DNA of 51,801 bases, from positions 1 to 51,801 of IMG/VR virus record IMGVR_UViG_3300037458_001593, one strand, 5' to 3'. Numbering within the stretch: position 1 is the first letter of the stretch; each line of letters starts with the position of its first letter. A program made the position numbers and the translations under genes. Under the pieces are notes generated by a model that saw nothing but the letters and a program-made list of their open reading frames with translations, ran no database searches and had not been told where the DNA came from. This DNA is from a virus. Lineage: Duplodnaviria; Caudoviricetes. Shown here in pieces: positions 27,235-36,175 of this stretch.

Positions 27235-27609
27235 GTGAAGACATACCGCGTTAAGATGAGCATCGAGTTTGGTCAGGAGACCAGCATGCATGCGGGTTTC
27301 GATACACAACAGCACCCGAGAGTCACCATGCGCGAACCATTAGTACATCACGTATACGAAGTTGTCAGAAAGAAAACACCTAATGTAGTCTATGTAGGGA
27401 GGCCCACCAAATTCGGCAACCCCTTTGTTATTGGTAGAGATGGCAATCGTGCTGCAGTTATCGCGAAATTCGAAGAATACCTAAAAGAAAGCCCCGAGCT
27501 CCTCAAGGCAGTGCGAGAAGAACTTCGGGGCCGCGATCTTTCATGCTGGTGTGCACCGAAAGCGTGCCACGCAGATGTACTGCTACGGTACGCTAACGGG
27601 AAGACTTGA
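27235..27609 (+). CDS. DUF4326 family protein
   Basis: VYVGRPTKFGNPF...LRGRDLSCWCAPKACHADVL; true start may be downstream. Confidence 0.85.
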   Translation: MKTYRVKMSIEFGQETSMHAGFDTQQHPRVTMREPLVHHVYEVVRKKTPNVVYVGRPTKFGNPFVIGRDGNRAAVIAKFEEYLKESPELLKAVREELRGRDLSCWCAPKACHADVLLRYANGKT

Positions 27610-27639
27610 AGGGTTCGGTAGAACCTGTCTCGTTTCTTC

Positions 27640-28173
27640 CTAATCCTCCTTGGGCATCTTCCTAGTAAAGCCTGGCGGTGCCTTCAAAGGGGCAGTAGAC
27701 AATATCTTCGGAGGTCCCTTCTTTTTGTTGCGGGCACGAGTCGGGATCTTCGAGGTTGGCGCTGCTCCAAGTACTTTTGAAAGGTTCAGACCAGATGGAA
27801 GCAATCCTTCTGAACGCAAAGCAGCAATCAGCTCTTCATCGCTCATGTCGCGAGACTGATCCTTGTTCAAGTTTTCGATACGCTGAAGCTTTGGCCGTTC
27901 GTACTCGGCGAGCTCTTTGCCAAGTCGTGCTGCCTCCGCATAATCCTCATCTGCCAAGGCCATGTGAATACAAAGCTTCATCACATCAAGACCAAGCATC
28001 TCAGGAAGCTCATGCATCACCTTCTGAAAGGCAAGCGCATTCTTTCTGAACTTCTCTCGTAGCTCAATATTTTCCAAACGAACTTCAAGCCCCTTTCGCT
28101 GCCCCATTCTAGCACCTTCAGGGGTAAACTTACGGAGGTTGATTATAGCATTGCTTTTGACTTTCTCTGTCAT
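27640..28173 (-). CDS. Putative terminase small subunit
   Basis: NLRKFTPEGARMGQRKG N-motif, LAEYERPKLQRIE and MSDEEL C-motif resemble TerS-type proteins; AGGAG SD. Confidence 0.55.
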   Translation of the reverse strand: MTEKVKSNAIINLRKFTPEGARMGQRKGLEVRLENIELREKFRKNALAFQKVMHELPEMLGLDVMKLCIHMALADEDYAEAARLGKELAEYERPKLQRIENLNKDQSRDMSDEELIAALRSEGLLPSGLNLSKVLGAAPTSKIPTRARNKKKGPPKILSTAPLKAPPGFTRKMPKED

Positions 28174-28242
28174 TCCTAACTCCTACGGTAAGATTCTTTT
28201 TGGGAATACCCATTAGGTACCATCTAGAAAGACCATGAAAAT

Positions 28243-28833
28243 ATGCCTGATATCGAGCTCAAGCCTAGTCTGATGACCTCCTTGTCAGAAATATACTCTT
28301 ACTTGCCATGCACACGTGGTTGGGAAAAGGTACTGCAAGTATGCGGTAAGAAAGAGCCAGATAGTGTCCAATTCCCGATATCCAGCCTAGTTGATAGGCA
28401 TCCAACAAAAGACATATTCTGGCTACTTCATCGCCGACACAGCGCTATGGGTATAACCAGCTGCGGTCCTGAACGAGAAGTAGAACGACAGTTTGCGGAA
28501 TATTACGTACAAGCTGTTGAGCATCTGGTCGGGAAAACAGAAGAATGGGAGTATGTTACTCGTATTACAAAAGAACCTGCTAGATGGCATGCGATTGAGG
28601 CAACTCGGCATGGTAGGCGTATCTACTACAGCACCGCTGCAAGTGCAGAAGATGTCTTTCGCTACGCAAGAGCTGCGTTATGCTACGAGGCAATAATGGA
28701 GCTGCCATACCCGGTCCCCTCTCTTCACGACGGAGGCGAATTCAACGATATCCAAGGGAAGACATGGTGTAAAAAGTACAGACACCTAACTAGACAATCA
28801 AAAAGAATCCTAAAGAAACTGCTCGATGTTTAA
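28243..28833 (+). CDS. Hypothetical protein
   Basis: 196 aa; PCTRGWEKVL...DIFWLL motif. Confidence 0.7.
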   Translation: MPDIELKPSLMTSLSEIYSYLPCTRGWEKVLQVCGKKEPDSVQFPISSLVDRHPTKDIFWLLHRRHSAMGITSCGPEREVERQFAEYYVQAVEHLVGKTEEWEYVTRITKEPARWHAIEATRHGRRIYYSTAASAEDVFRYARAALCYEAIMELPYPVPSLHDGGEFNDIQGKTWCKKYRHLTRQSKRILKKLLDV

Positions 28834-29062
28834 GAACTTTTGGAATTGGCTTTTCAAGACCGATAGATACATTCTGGATAATTTGAACAAAATTCAATTC
28901 AAGTATGTACCACGATCAACATTACCCGATGTGATTCTTGTGGGCCTTAATGGAAAAACAATCAAATCATACGATTGGATCGATGGGGAAGATGCGCCTA
29001 CCTGGTCTAACTTGCACAAAATCCATCAAGAGTTCTACAAAAGGACTGCACTGTTCAAATGA
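28826..29062 (+). CDS. Hypothetical protein
   Basis: 78 aa, overlaps upstream stop. Confidence 0.6.
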   Translation: MFKNFWNWLFKTDRYILDNLNKIQFKYVPRSTLPDVILVGLNGKTIKSYDWIDGEDAPTWSNLHKIHQEFYKRTALFK

Positions 29063-29136
29063 TGACTCTTTACGATTGGTTTCTTTTGATCGTATCTTTG
29101 TTCATGTTAATCCCACTTCTTAGGAAAGGAAAGTAA
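29059..29136 (+). CDS. Small single-TM peptide
   Basis: 25 aa MMTLYDWFLLIVSLFMLIPLLRKGK, ATGA coupling. Confidence 0.4.
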   Translation: MMTLYDWFLLIVSLFMLIPLLRKGK

Positions 29137-29257
29137 AGATCTAAAGTCAACCAAGCCGGAACCTAAAGCCAGAAACCCTATGGCATTCAAGAAACCTGAA
29201 AGATCGACAGGATCTCAATTCCGCAAAGTACTCTCCCAACTCATAGACGAAACTACC

Positions 29258-29956
29258 ATGCCCACTGTCACTAAGCCCACTTTCAAGACTGTGCCAACAA
29301 AGACTGCACCAGTGTTGCAAAAGGCACCTGTTCGAAACACGGCGCCGACTCGGCAAGCGCCTCCTGCACCCCCTGCCCGTGTCGCCCCAAAGGTGATGCG
29401 CGTTGCACCACAACCCGCGGAGGACACGCAGAACGAGCAGGAAACGTACATCCTGCGTGATGTTGAAATCCACTGGCCGAAGCTTGATCCGCAACGCCCG
29501 TCAGAGGCCTTCGGAGATTTCACGTGGGATGTCCAAGTTCAATTCGGCGAAGATCGACTGGAAGAAATCCAACAACTTGGCAAGGTTCGTGAACTCAGTG
29601 AAGGGGTGTACGCGACCAATTTCAAGAAGAAAGCCTTCAAGAAAGATGGGACCTCGGCACGGCCAATCAGTGTCGTTGACACGCACCGGAATCCGATCGA
29701 TCCGAATCGAATCGGGAATGGCTCAATTGCGAACATCAAGCTACTTCTCCGCCCATACGAAATCAAGGACCCGAAGGGGCGTGTCACAAAGCATGGAGTT
29801 GCCAAGACTCTGCAAAAGATCCAGATCACCAATTACATCCCGTACGAACCGGTAGACGACGACTTCGACTACGAAGACGCGGAGGAGCAGGTTGATGAGG
29901 GCTATACTGACGGCGAATACGCTGAGGGCGATGTTCAAGGCCCGCAGTATCGCTAA
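29258..29956 (+). CDS. ssb: Single-stranded DNA-binding protein (T7 gp2.5-like)
   Basis: VEIHWPKL, PISVVD...IGNGSIANIKL, LQKIQIT and acidic C-tail; start ATG 29258 (29180 possible). Confidence 0.75.
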   Translation: MPTVTKPTFKTVPTKTAPVLQKAPVRNTAPTRQAPPAPPARVAPKVMRVAPQPAEDTQNEQETYILRDVEIHWPKLDPQRPSEAFGDFTWDVQVQFGEDRLEEIQQLGKVRELSEGVYATNFKKKAFKKDGTSARPISVVDTHRNPIDPNRIGNGSIANIKLLLRPYEIKDPKGRVTKHGVAKTLQKIQITNYIPYEPVDDDFDYEDAEEQVDEGYTDGEYAEGDVQGPQYR

Positions 29957-30023
29957 AAAGGTTCAAAGGACTCAACAGAGTCTTGCTTAGGACCTCATTA
30001 GAGAGCCGGAACCTAGAGAGAAG

Positions 30024-30055
30024 GAAGCCGTCCTGCGGGGCGGCTTCTAATCTTT
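30024..30055 (+). terminator. Possible intrinsic terminator after ssb
   Basis: GAAGCCGTCC-TGCG-GGGCGGCTTC then TAATCTTT. Confidence 0.5.
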
Positions 30056-30166
30056 GCTATGTCTCATCTCTGCAACACAGGGGTTCGGCAGAGCCTCACA
30101 ACACAAATGAAAGGGTCAATCCAAACAATTCAACCAAGCCTAAGCTAGGCTTCCATGAATTTTCAA

Positions 30167-30250
30167 AGACTCGAAGAGTCTCGTTCTCAATGGCATGACT
30201 CAAACAACCATAAGGACTCGAAAGGTTCGGCAGAACCTCACTCAGAGCCT
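30167..30250 (+). repeat. AGACTC-GAA-GAGTCT hairpin plus nested double hairpin
   Basis: 30167-30181, and 30214-30250 (GGACTC gaa AGGTTC-GGCA-GAACCT cactca GAGCCT), same architecture as 19544-19580. Confidence 0.8.
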
Positions 30251-30296
30251 TATAGTCCTGCCGAAATCTACTTCTCAACACAAGTCCATTTATCAA

Positions 30297-31157
30297 ATGC
30301 CTACTATTGTTCGCCCTGCTGTCAAGACCGCCCCTGCCGCTGCCAAGCCCGTCGTTCGTGCCCCGGCTGCCACCCCTGCCAAGCCCGTTGCTAAGCCTGC
30401 TGTTGCAGCTGCCCCTGCCAAGCCTGCTGCTCGCCCGGCCCCTGCTGTTCCAGTCAAGACAGTTGCAAGGCCTGCTGTTGCTGCTGCTCCGGCCAAGACC
30501 CCTGCGCGTCCGCCCATGAAGCCCGCTCCGGCTGGCCCACGCAAGGCCGCTCCTGTTCAAGAGCCTCTGCTCGAAGAGCTGCAAGAAGAGTTGATCGAGG
30601 AAGGTACTGAAGAGCACGTCGAGGAAGGTACTGAAGAGCACGTCGAGGAAGGCACAGAAGAAGTCATCGAAGAAGAGTACGTCGAGGAGGGCACGGAAGA
30701 AGTCGTCGAAGACGAATTCGAGGAAGAAGTTCCTCCGGCTCCCGCCCCGCGTCGTGGTCCTCCGGTCCAAGCTGCTCGTGCTGCCGCGCCGGCGCCCCGG
30801 GTTGCCAGTCGCCCTGTCCCTGCCGCTCCGCCAGCTCCTGCTGCGAAGAAGAAGGGTCCGATCCCTGCGCAACTCGCTCCGCACCTTCAGAAGGGTGCCG
30901 CTGCGCTGGCCGAATGGCGTGCCGCTCGTCAGGCTGCCATTGATGGCGGAGAAGAGACCTGGGCCGCATGGCAAGCAGAGCAGGCTGAAAAGAAGGCCAA
31001 GAAGACGCTGACGCCTATCCGCGCGATTAGGAACTTCTGTTTGCATTGCACCGGAGGGGTGCGTGTGGACATCACCCATTGCTCTGCCACCGAGTGCCCG
31101 CTCCATGTGTTCCGGCCGTTCCAACCGGGCACTGCCGAAGAGCACGAAGCCGCCTAA
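30297..31157 (+). CDS. Low-complexity protein with C-terminal Cys4 zinc-binding domain
   Basis: AKPA-rich block, EEGTEEHV repeats, then AIRNFCLHC...C...CPLHVFRP. Confidence 0.8.
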   Translation: MPTIVRPAVKTAPAAAKPVVRAPAATPAKPVAKPAVAAAPAKPAARPAPAVPVKTVARPAVAAAPAKTPARPPMKPAPAGPRKAAPVQEPLLEELQEELIEEGTEEHVEEGTEEHVEEGTEEVIEEEYVEEGTEEVVEDEFEEEVPPAPAPRRGPPVQAARAAAPAPRVASRPVPAAPPAPAAKKKGPIPAQLAPHLQKGAAALAEWRAARQAAIDGGEETWAAWQAEQAEKKAKKTLTPIRAIRNFCLHCTGGVRVDITHCSATECPLHVFRPFQPGTAEEHEAA

Positions 31158-31263
31158 GCGGAGAAAGCCTCACCTGAAAGACTCGCCAGAGTCTCGTTAT
31201 GATAGCTGGCCTTTAGGACTCTCCATGAATCCTTTTGGTCAGCTATAAAATGGGAAGAAAGAA

Positions 31264-31530
31264 ATGGAATCACTCGACGTGTTCAACACATTCGTTTTGT
31301 ACAGCCAACGGCATGACGTATACATGCCTGCAAGGCTGCCGAAGAAAACGCCTAACAAATGGTCTGCCTGGGATCCCGCAGACGAAGACCCTGACAAGGA
31401 ACCGATCCCACGGACATTTCCTTCACTGAAGGCTGCAGATGACGCCCGCTATCACTGGATGCGGGCCGATTCCAGCCGTCAGCTGAACGACCTGGTCGTG
31501 CTCAAGGCAGAGCTGAACATTTTCCGTTGA
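31264..31530 (+). CDS. Hypothetical protein
   Basis: 88 aa, purine-rich SD. Confidence 0.65.
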   Translation: MESLDVFNTFVLYSQRHDVYMPARLPKKTPNKWSAWDPADEDPDKEPIPRTFPSLKAADDARYHWMRADSSRQLNDLVVLKAELNIFR

Positions 31531-31539
31531 TGAAGGAGC

Positions 31540-31558
31540 GCCCCCGAAAGGGGGCTTC
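31540..31558 (+). terminator. GNRA hairpin, possible weak terminator
   Basis: GCCCCC-GAAA-GGGGGC with only a short T tail. Confidence 0.35.
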
Positions 31559-31566
31559 AAATTGCA

Positions 31567-32595
31567 ATGGCAGATTTCATGCCTAATGATGACTATTATG
31601 ACCGCATGCTTCCTTTCTATCTACAAGAGAACAAGCAACGCGATCTGAAAGCACTCGAAGCACAACTGAAACGAACGAAGAAGAACGCAAAGGAGAAAGC
31701 TAAAAGACTTGTCGGAGTCTCGTTACAGTATACTATGAAGCCAGATGATGGAGAGCTCTATTTAGCATACCTACGTAGCAAAAATGCAGAGGAACCCTCC
31801 TGGAAAATCTATCTACGACGTGCAAACGCAGCTGAAAATAGGATGATTGACGAGATGGACAAAGAAGAACTGGAACGCAGCCGAAAAAATTCGCCCCCGG
31901 AGGCCTTCTGGCCGTTTGAACAGGGCACGAATGAAGATGAAATGGCAGGAGATGAGCTTGAGGAAGGCTACGCCATGCCACTGTCAGAGGAAATGCGGGA
32001 AGCGCTCGAACGCGCGAAGCAAGAGATGATAAGCATGGAGCAGAGGCTGCCGCAAGAGGCACCAGTAAACGACATATCTGAAAAAGAAAACTTCATTCAA
32101 AGGACTGTTGAGAAGCCTCCGTATTACCAGGATGTACTACCAAACCTTGTACCAAACCTGCAGTACTACGAGCTCGTCCTCGGGCTTACACGCGCAAAGC
32201 ATGAAAGGATTTTAATCCTTAAAGCAAAAACAATCAAGTACCTCCTCCGTGCTGGCAAAAAGGAATCGAATACCATTGAGGTCGAACTCCGAAAAGCACG
32301 TTGGTACATGCAGAAGATCGAAGAACTTATGCAGAAGTCCTACAGCTTCTTCGATAACGAACTCTGCAATAACGACCCAGCTGAAGTTACACTGCATCTG
32401 AAAGGAAACGCAGTTCCTGCCGCAAAGGTTGCGGAGCACTTGGTCGCACGTTTTCCTTACAGGCAGGGCGTACTGCTGTTCAGGGTATATCTCGGCGTTT
32501 TCAATACTTTTGAAGCAGATAGGAGCGATACCCACATCAAAGAAGCACTCCTAGCGATTGACGAGCTGATCGAAATGGTGGAAAACGACAGCTAA
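31567..32595 (+). CDS. DUF3310 (T7 gp1.7-like) domain protein
   Basis: VEKPPYY...IKYLLRAGKK...ELRKARWY; long unrelated N-part. Confidence 0.65.
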   Translation: MADFMPNDDYYDRMLPFYLQENKQRDLKALEAQLKRTKKNAKEKAKRLVGVSLQYTMKPDDGELYLAYLRSKNAEEPSWKIYLRRANAAENRMIDEMDKEELERSRKNSPPEAFWPFEQGTNEDEMAGDELEEGYAMPLSEEMREALERAKQEMISMEQRLPQEAPVNDISEKENFIQRTVEKPPYYQDVLPNLVPNLQYYELVLGLTRAKHERILILKAKTIKYLLRAGKKESNTIEVELRKARWYMQKIEELMQKSYSFFDNELCNNDPAEVTLHLKGNAVPAAKVAEHLVARFPYRQGVLLFRVYLGVFNTFEADRSDTHIKEALLAIDELIEMVENDS

Positions 32596-32601
32596 GTGAA
32601 T

Positions 32602-32648
32602 AACGCCCTCGCAAGAGGGTTAAGCAAGCAACGCCCTCGAAAGAGGGC
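32602..32648 (+). repeat. Duplicated hairpin upstream of ligase
   Basis: AACGCCCTC-GCAA-GAGGGT and AACGCCCTC-GAAA-GAGGGC. Confidence 0.8.
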
Positions 32649-32666
32649 TAGATAAGCTGAAGGAAT

Positions 32667-33611
32667 ATGAGCCAAACAATTGTTCGCCCGATGCGATTCT
32701 GTCGCGAAAACCCGGATATCCAAAAGCTGGAGTACCCACTTTACGTGATGCCGAAGCTAAACGGTATCCGTTGCGTGGTCTCTAGGCCACCGGGGGAGCC
32801 TCAAGACATGCCAGCACCACTTACAAACACGTTGGCAATCATTCCGAACCTCAAAGTTCAGAATGAATTCACTGGCGTAGAGTACGAAGGACTTGACGGA
32901 GAACTGATTGCTGGACCTTCCAATGCACCGAATGTATTCGAGAGGACCTCTCGTTTCGTTCGAGCTCGTGAGGCATCCGACAAGTTCATGTTCTTTGTCT
33001 TCGACTACTGGGACCGTCCTGGCAAGACGCCGTACAAAGAACGACTGAAAGAACTGGAGTTTATGGTACACCAAAGCAAAATGCATCCGCAAATTGCATT
33101 GGTACCGTATGTTCTGGCGAAGGGTCCTGTTGATATCATCGATGCCTATGAAAACCTGGTGAAGAAGTGGAAGTATGAAGGTCTGATCCTCCGGAACCCG
33201 AATGGGTTGTACAAGTTCGGTCGGACTACCATGTTGGAAAACAACTCATACAAGCTCAAGCCAACAAGGTCTGGAGAAGCCATCGTTATCGGTATCGTGG
33301 AGGCGATGAAAAATGAAAACGAGCTTACAGTAGATCCCAGAGGCTACGCAAAGAGAAGCAAGAAAAAAGACAAGCTGACTCCGAAGGGAACGATGGGATC
33401 TCTGTATGTGCAAGACTTGAGGACAAAGGCCAAGTTTCACATCGGGACGGGATTCTCGGACAAGGACCGTGAGTGGTGGTACCTACAGCAGGCAGATAGT
33501 GTGCCTGCTTTCATTGTGCGTTACAAGTTCTTCGAGATCGGGTCGCAAGGAGCTCCGCTACAACCTGTCTACGACGGACTTCGCGACAAGTTTGACATTG
33601 CGAAAGAGTAG
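32667..33611 (+). CDS. ATP-dependent DNA ligase
   Basis: Motif I PKLNGIRC, LDGELI, FFVFD, YEGLILR, KLK, HIGTGFS. Confidence 0.92.
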   Translation: MSQTIVRPMRFCRENPDIQKLEYPLYVMPKLNGIRCVVSRPPGEPQDMPAPLTNTLAIIPNLKVQNEFTGVEYEGLDGELIAGPSNAPNVFERTSRFVRAREASDKFMFFVFDYWDRPGKTPYKERLKELEFMVHQSKMHPQIALVPYVLAKGPVDIIDAYENLVKKWKYEGLILRNPNGLYKFGRTTMLENNSYKLKPTRSGEAIVIGIVEAMKNENELTVDPRGYAKRSKKKDKLTPKGTMGSLYVQDLRTKAKFHIGTGFSDKDREWWYLQQADSVPAFIVRYKFFEIGSQGAPLQPVYDGLRDKFDIAKE

Positions 33612-33624
33612 TACAAGCTAAGAA

Positions 33625-34044
33625 ATGCCAGGAGAGAAAACAATGCTAAGTGAATACATCAAGCTTCTACTGCTGTTCGGCTACCGGGCAACAAAAGAAG
33701 AGCAAGCACAGGATGGCGTACAACTATTCGAAGGGCAATGGTACAACCCACTCTATGGCGTACACACTCTCGAAACTGTCTTGAGTAAGCATGGGAAACA
33801 TGAGCTAATTACCTGGGAGTACCTGCTGGAGAAGCCTAGAGAACCACAAGTCTTTCAAGACGGTCTGAACACGCGGCATGACATGCGATGCCCTGTTCTG
33901 CCAGGCAAGTACGCAGTACTCAACATGAAGAACGGAGTGTTCTGCCCGAGCTACACCGCGCAGGCGCAAGGATGGTTCCTAGTGAAGGCAACAACAGCAT
34001 TCCAACGGCTACTGCTGAGATTCTTCTTCAAAGAAAGCTTATGA
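33625..34044 (+). CDS. Hypothetical protein
   Basis: 139 aa; start may be second Met after AGGAG. Confidence 0.65.
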   Translation: MPGEKTMLSEYIKLLLLFGYRATKEEQAQDGVQLFEGQWYNPLYGVHTLETVLSKHGKHELITWEYLLEKPREPQVFQDGLNTRHDMRCPVLPGKYAVLNMKNGVFCPSYTAQAQGWFLVKATTAFQRLLLRFFFKESL

Positions 34045-34412
34045 CATTGAAGGTTAGAAAAGCGATTCGCAAGAAGGTTGTATTCAGACGAAGAGTCGGA
34101 GAGCCTGCCCCATTACAAACTCCAAAGTTCAAGTCAACATTCGCAGTGCCCGATGATGGCTGGGTGAATCTGAAAACGATATCTGCCAAGATGTTGGACG
34201 CGAGCGCAACACTGTATGAGGTCTCCTGCGCGCATGACCATGACACTCTACGAGAGGGAGACCTAGTATGGGTAGTGGCGGATCAACAGGAAGTTACTGT
34301 ATTGATGCGAACAGATTGGACGATCCATAAAACGAGCGGGAGACCAACAACAGACAACAAGGCTGGCTGGCACGTATACCTCAGAACAGTACCAACAAAG
34401 GTAATGCGATAA
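34041..34412 (+). CDS. Hypothetical protein
   Basis: 123 aa from ATG 34041 (ATGA coupling). Confidence 0.6.
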   Translation: MTLKVRKAIRKKVVFRRRVGEPAPLQTPKFKSTFAVPDDGWVNLKTISAKMLDASATLYEVSCAHDHDTLREGDLVWVVADQQEVTVLMRTDWTIHKTSGRPTTDNKAGWHVYLRTVPTKVMR

Positions 34413-34425
34413 CAACCTTTAAGGA

Positions 34426-34773
34426 ATGCAATTGAAGACCATTATCGCAGGCAGTAGAAGCTGTAAAAACAGACTCATATTGCTAACTGCACTGCATCGT
34501 TGTGGTTGGACTCCTACTGCAGTCGTCAGTGGGGCCGCGCCTGGTGCAGACAGACTAGGAGAGCGATGGGCAGCTGCAATGAACATCCCATGCTTCAGGT
34601 TTCCTGCAGACTGGGATCGCTACGGAAAAGCTGCGGGCTACATACGAAATGAAACAATGGCAGCAAATGCAGAGGCACTCATAGCACTGTGGGATGGTAG
34701 GAGCCCTGGCACGAAGCACATGATTGACATTGCAAGGAAGAAAGGACTTAAGGTTTATGTCCACAGATTCTAG
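34426..34773 (+). CDS. SLOG/YspA-like (DUF2493-type) protein
   Basis: IIAGSR, VVSGAAPGADRLGE.WA, FPADW.RYGKAAGYIRN..MA, WDGRSPGTKHMI. Confidence 0.85.
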   Translation: MQLKTIIAGSRSCKNRLILLTALHRCGWTPTAVVSGAAPGADRLGERWAAAMNIPCFRFPADWDRYGKAAGYIRNETMAANAEALIALWDGRSPGTKHMIDIARKKGLKVYVHRF

Positions 34774-34798
34774 GAAATCAATTGGTGAGAACTAACAC

Positions 34799-35332
34799 AT
34801 GACTCCACTACCAGTGATTGGAATGCCAATGTACATGGTCCTTGTTTTGCTTGTTTCCATCCTCTTTGTTGGGGTGCTGCTTGCGATGGTGTACAACGCC
34901 CACAAGCCGACGCCTCTGCTAAGGGAACTGAACTATCGCCCATCACTCTCAAATCACAACATGCTTCCCAACTATCATCCAGAAACAGGCATCAGGTATG
35001 GGGTAATCAACCCACGTTCTCTTGATCCAGACATTCTAGACGCGTTGACTTGCAATGAATACCTTTGCGACGTAGAAGAACGCGAAGATGGCGATGACCG
35101 AGAAGGTGAATATGCAGGAGAGTACCAAGGTGTGAAATTCCACCTGATGTATGGTGCAATGCCACTGCTATTCATTGTGGGTGGCGCTACAGGCTACGCC
35201 TCTTCGCTATGTTCCCCGTGTGTTCCGAATGCTGCGAATCTAGATGAACCATTTGCAGGGATGTACGACCCGGTAAATTTCAAGCATCTGTGCTATGTTC
35301 TTCCACATCATTGGATTCTAGAACATGAGTAA
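34799..35332 (+). CDS. Hypothetical protein
   Basis: N-terminal TM then ETGIRYGVI...CSPCVPNAANLD...CYVLP domain; internal start possible. Confidence 0.65.
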   Translation: MTPLPVIGMPMYMVLVLLVSILFVGVLLAMVYNAHKPTPLLRELNYRPSLSNHNMLPNYHPETGIRYGVINPRSLDPDILDALTCNEYLCDVEEREDGDDREGEYAGEYQGVKFHLMYGAMPLLFIVGGATGYASSLCSPCVPNAANLDEPFAGMYDPVNFKHLCYVLPHHWILEHE

Positions 35333-35669
35333 TTCGATCTTTGTATTTGGCAGTAATCTAGCTGGGCGGCATGGAAAAGGCGCTGCCATGCACGCAAGAT
35401 CGCATCATGGTGCAGTGTACGGAGTTGGAAAAGGAAGGACAGGAAACTCCTACGCAATCCCGACAAAAGACGAGAAGTTAGTGCCGTTACCGCTGCATGC
35501 AATTGAGGCACATGTTGAGGACTTTCTGAAGTATGCGAGGAGGCATCCAGAGCTACAATTCAGAGTTACCAAAGTTGGCTGCGGATTAGCAGGCTACAAG
35601 CAAGAGCAAATGGCCCCGCTGTTTGCAGATGCCCCTGCAAACTGTAGCTTTGCAGACTGGGAGAAGTAA
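35325..35669 (+). CDS. A1S_2505-family macro-like phage protein
   Basis: IFVFGSNLAGRHGKGAA, GNSYAIPTK, FRVTKVGCGLAGY. Confidence 0.8.
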   Translation: MSNSIFVFGSNLAGRHGKGAAMHARSHHGAVYGVGKGRTGNSYAIPTKDEKLVPLPLHAIEAHVEDFLKYARRHPELQFRVTKVGCGLAGYKQEQMAPLFADAPANCSFADWEK

Positions 35670-36001
35670 TGTACACGCTAGAGGAAGTCTATTGGCATAC
35701 CGCTGAGGAGCTCGCAGAAACAATCCAAGCTATCGCCAAGATGCAGAGGTTTGGAATAACAACTGTGAATCCTTTCACAAACAAACCGAATATCCAAGTA
35801 TTCCTTGCAGAGAGCTTCCAAGCTGTAGTACTGCTAGACATCTTGCATAGAAGGCTTGGATTCAAGATGCCGAGAGTAACTGAAGACGATCGTATAAAAG
35901 CAACAAGGAAGTTCAAAGCATGGCAGGAATTCGCGGCGGATCGAGCTACCGGGCGCATGATCCAGCCACCTCCAAAGGATGAAGAACTTTACGCTGGTTG
36001 A
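35669..36001 (+). CDS. MazG-like nucleotide pyrophosphohydrolase-like protein
   Basis: AEELAETIQAIAKMQRFG; second acidic motif appears degenerate. Confidence 0.45.
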   Translation: MYTLEEVYWHTAEELAETIQAIAKMQRFGITTVNPFTNKPNIQVFLAESFQAVVLLDILHRRLGFKMPRVTEDDRIKATRKFKAWQEFAADRATGRMIQPPPKDEELYAG

Positions 36002-36004
36002 ATC

Positions 36005-36175
36005 ATGACGATATGGAACTTAGCAGGGGCACTACTCCTAGTACTACTCGGCCTCTTTGTAACAAGAAAGCTCTCCAGGCTAGAGCGGATGCAGTATGAA
36101 TCTGAACAGAAATCAAAGCTCATCGAAGAGCTCACAAAGAGAACAGGCGCAGTTGTGCTTGGAGATGGCCCGTAA
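36005..36175 (+). CDS. Small membrane-anchored protein (below ORF-track cutoff)
   Basis: 56 aa MTIWNLAGALLLVLLGLFVTRK... Confidence 0.55.
   Translation: MTIWNLAGALLLVLLGLFVTRKLSRLERMQYESEQKSKLIEELTKRTGAVVLGDGP

Noticed and set aside
30096-31145. 349-aa minus-strand ORF
   Set aside because: Shadow of the GC-rich low-complexity plus-strand gene
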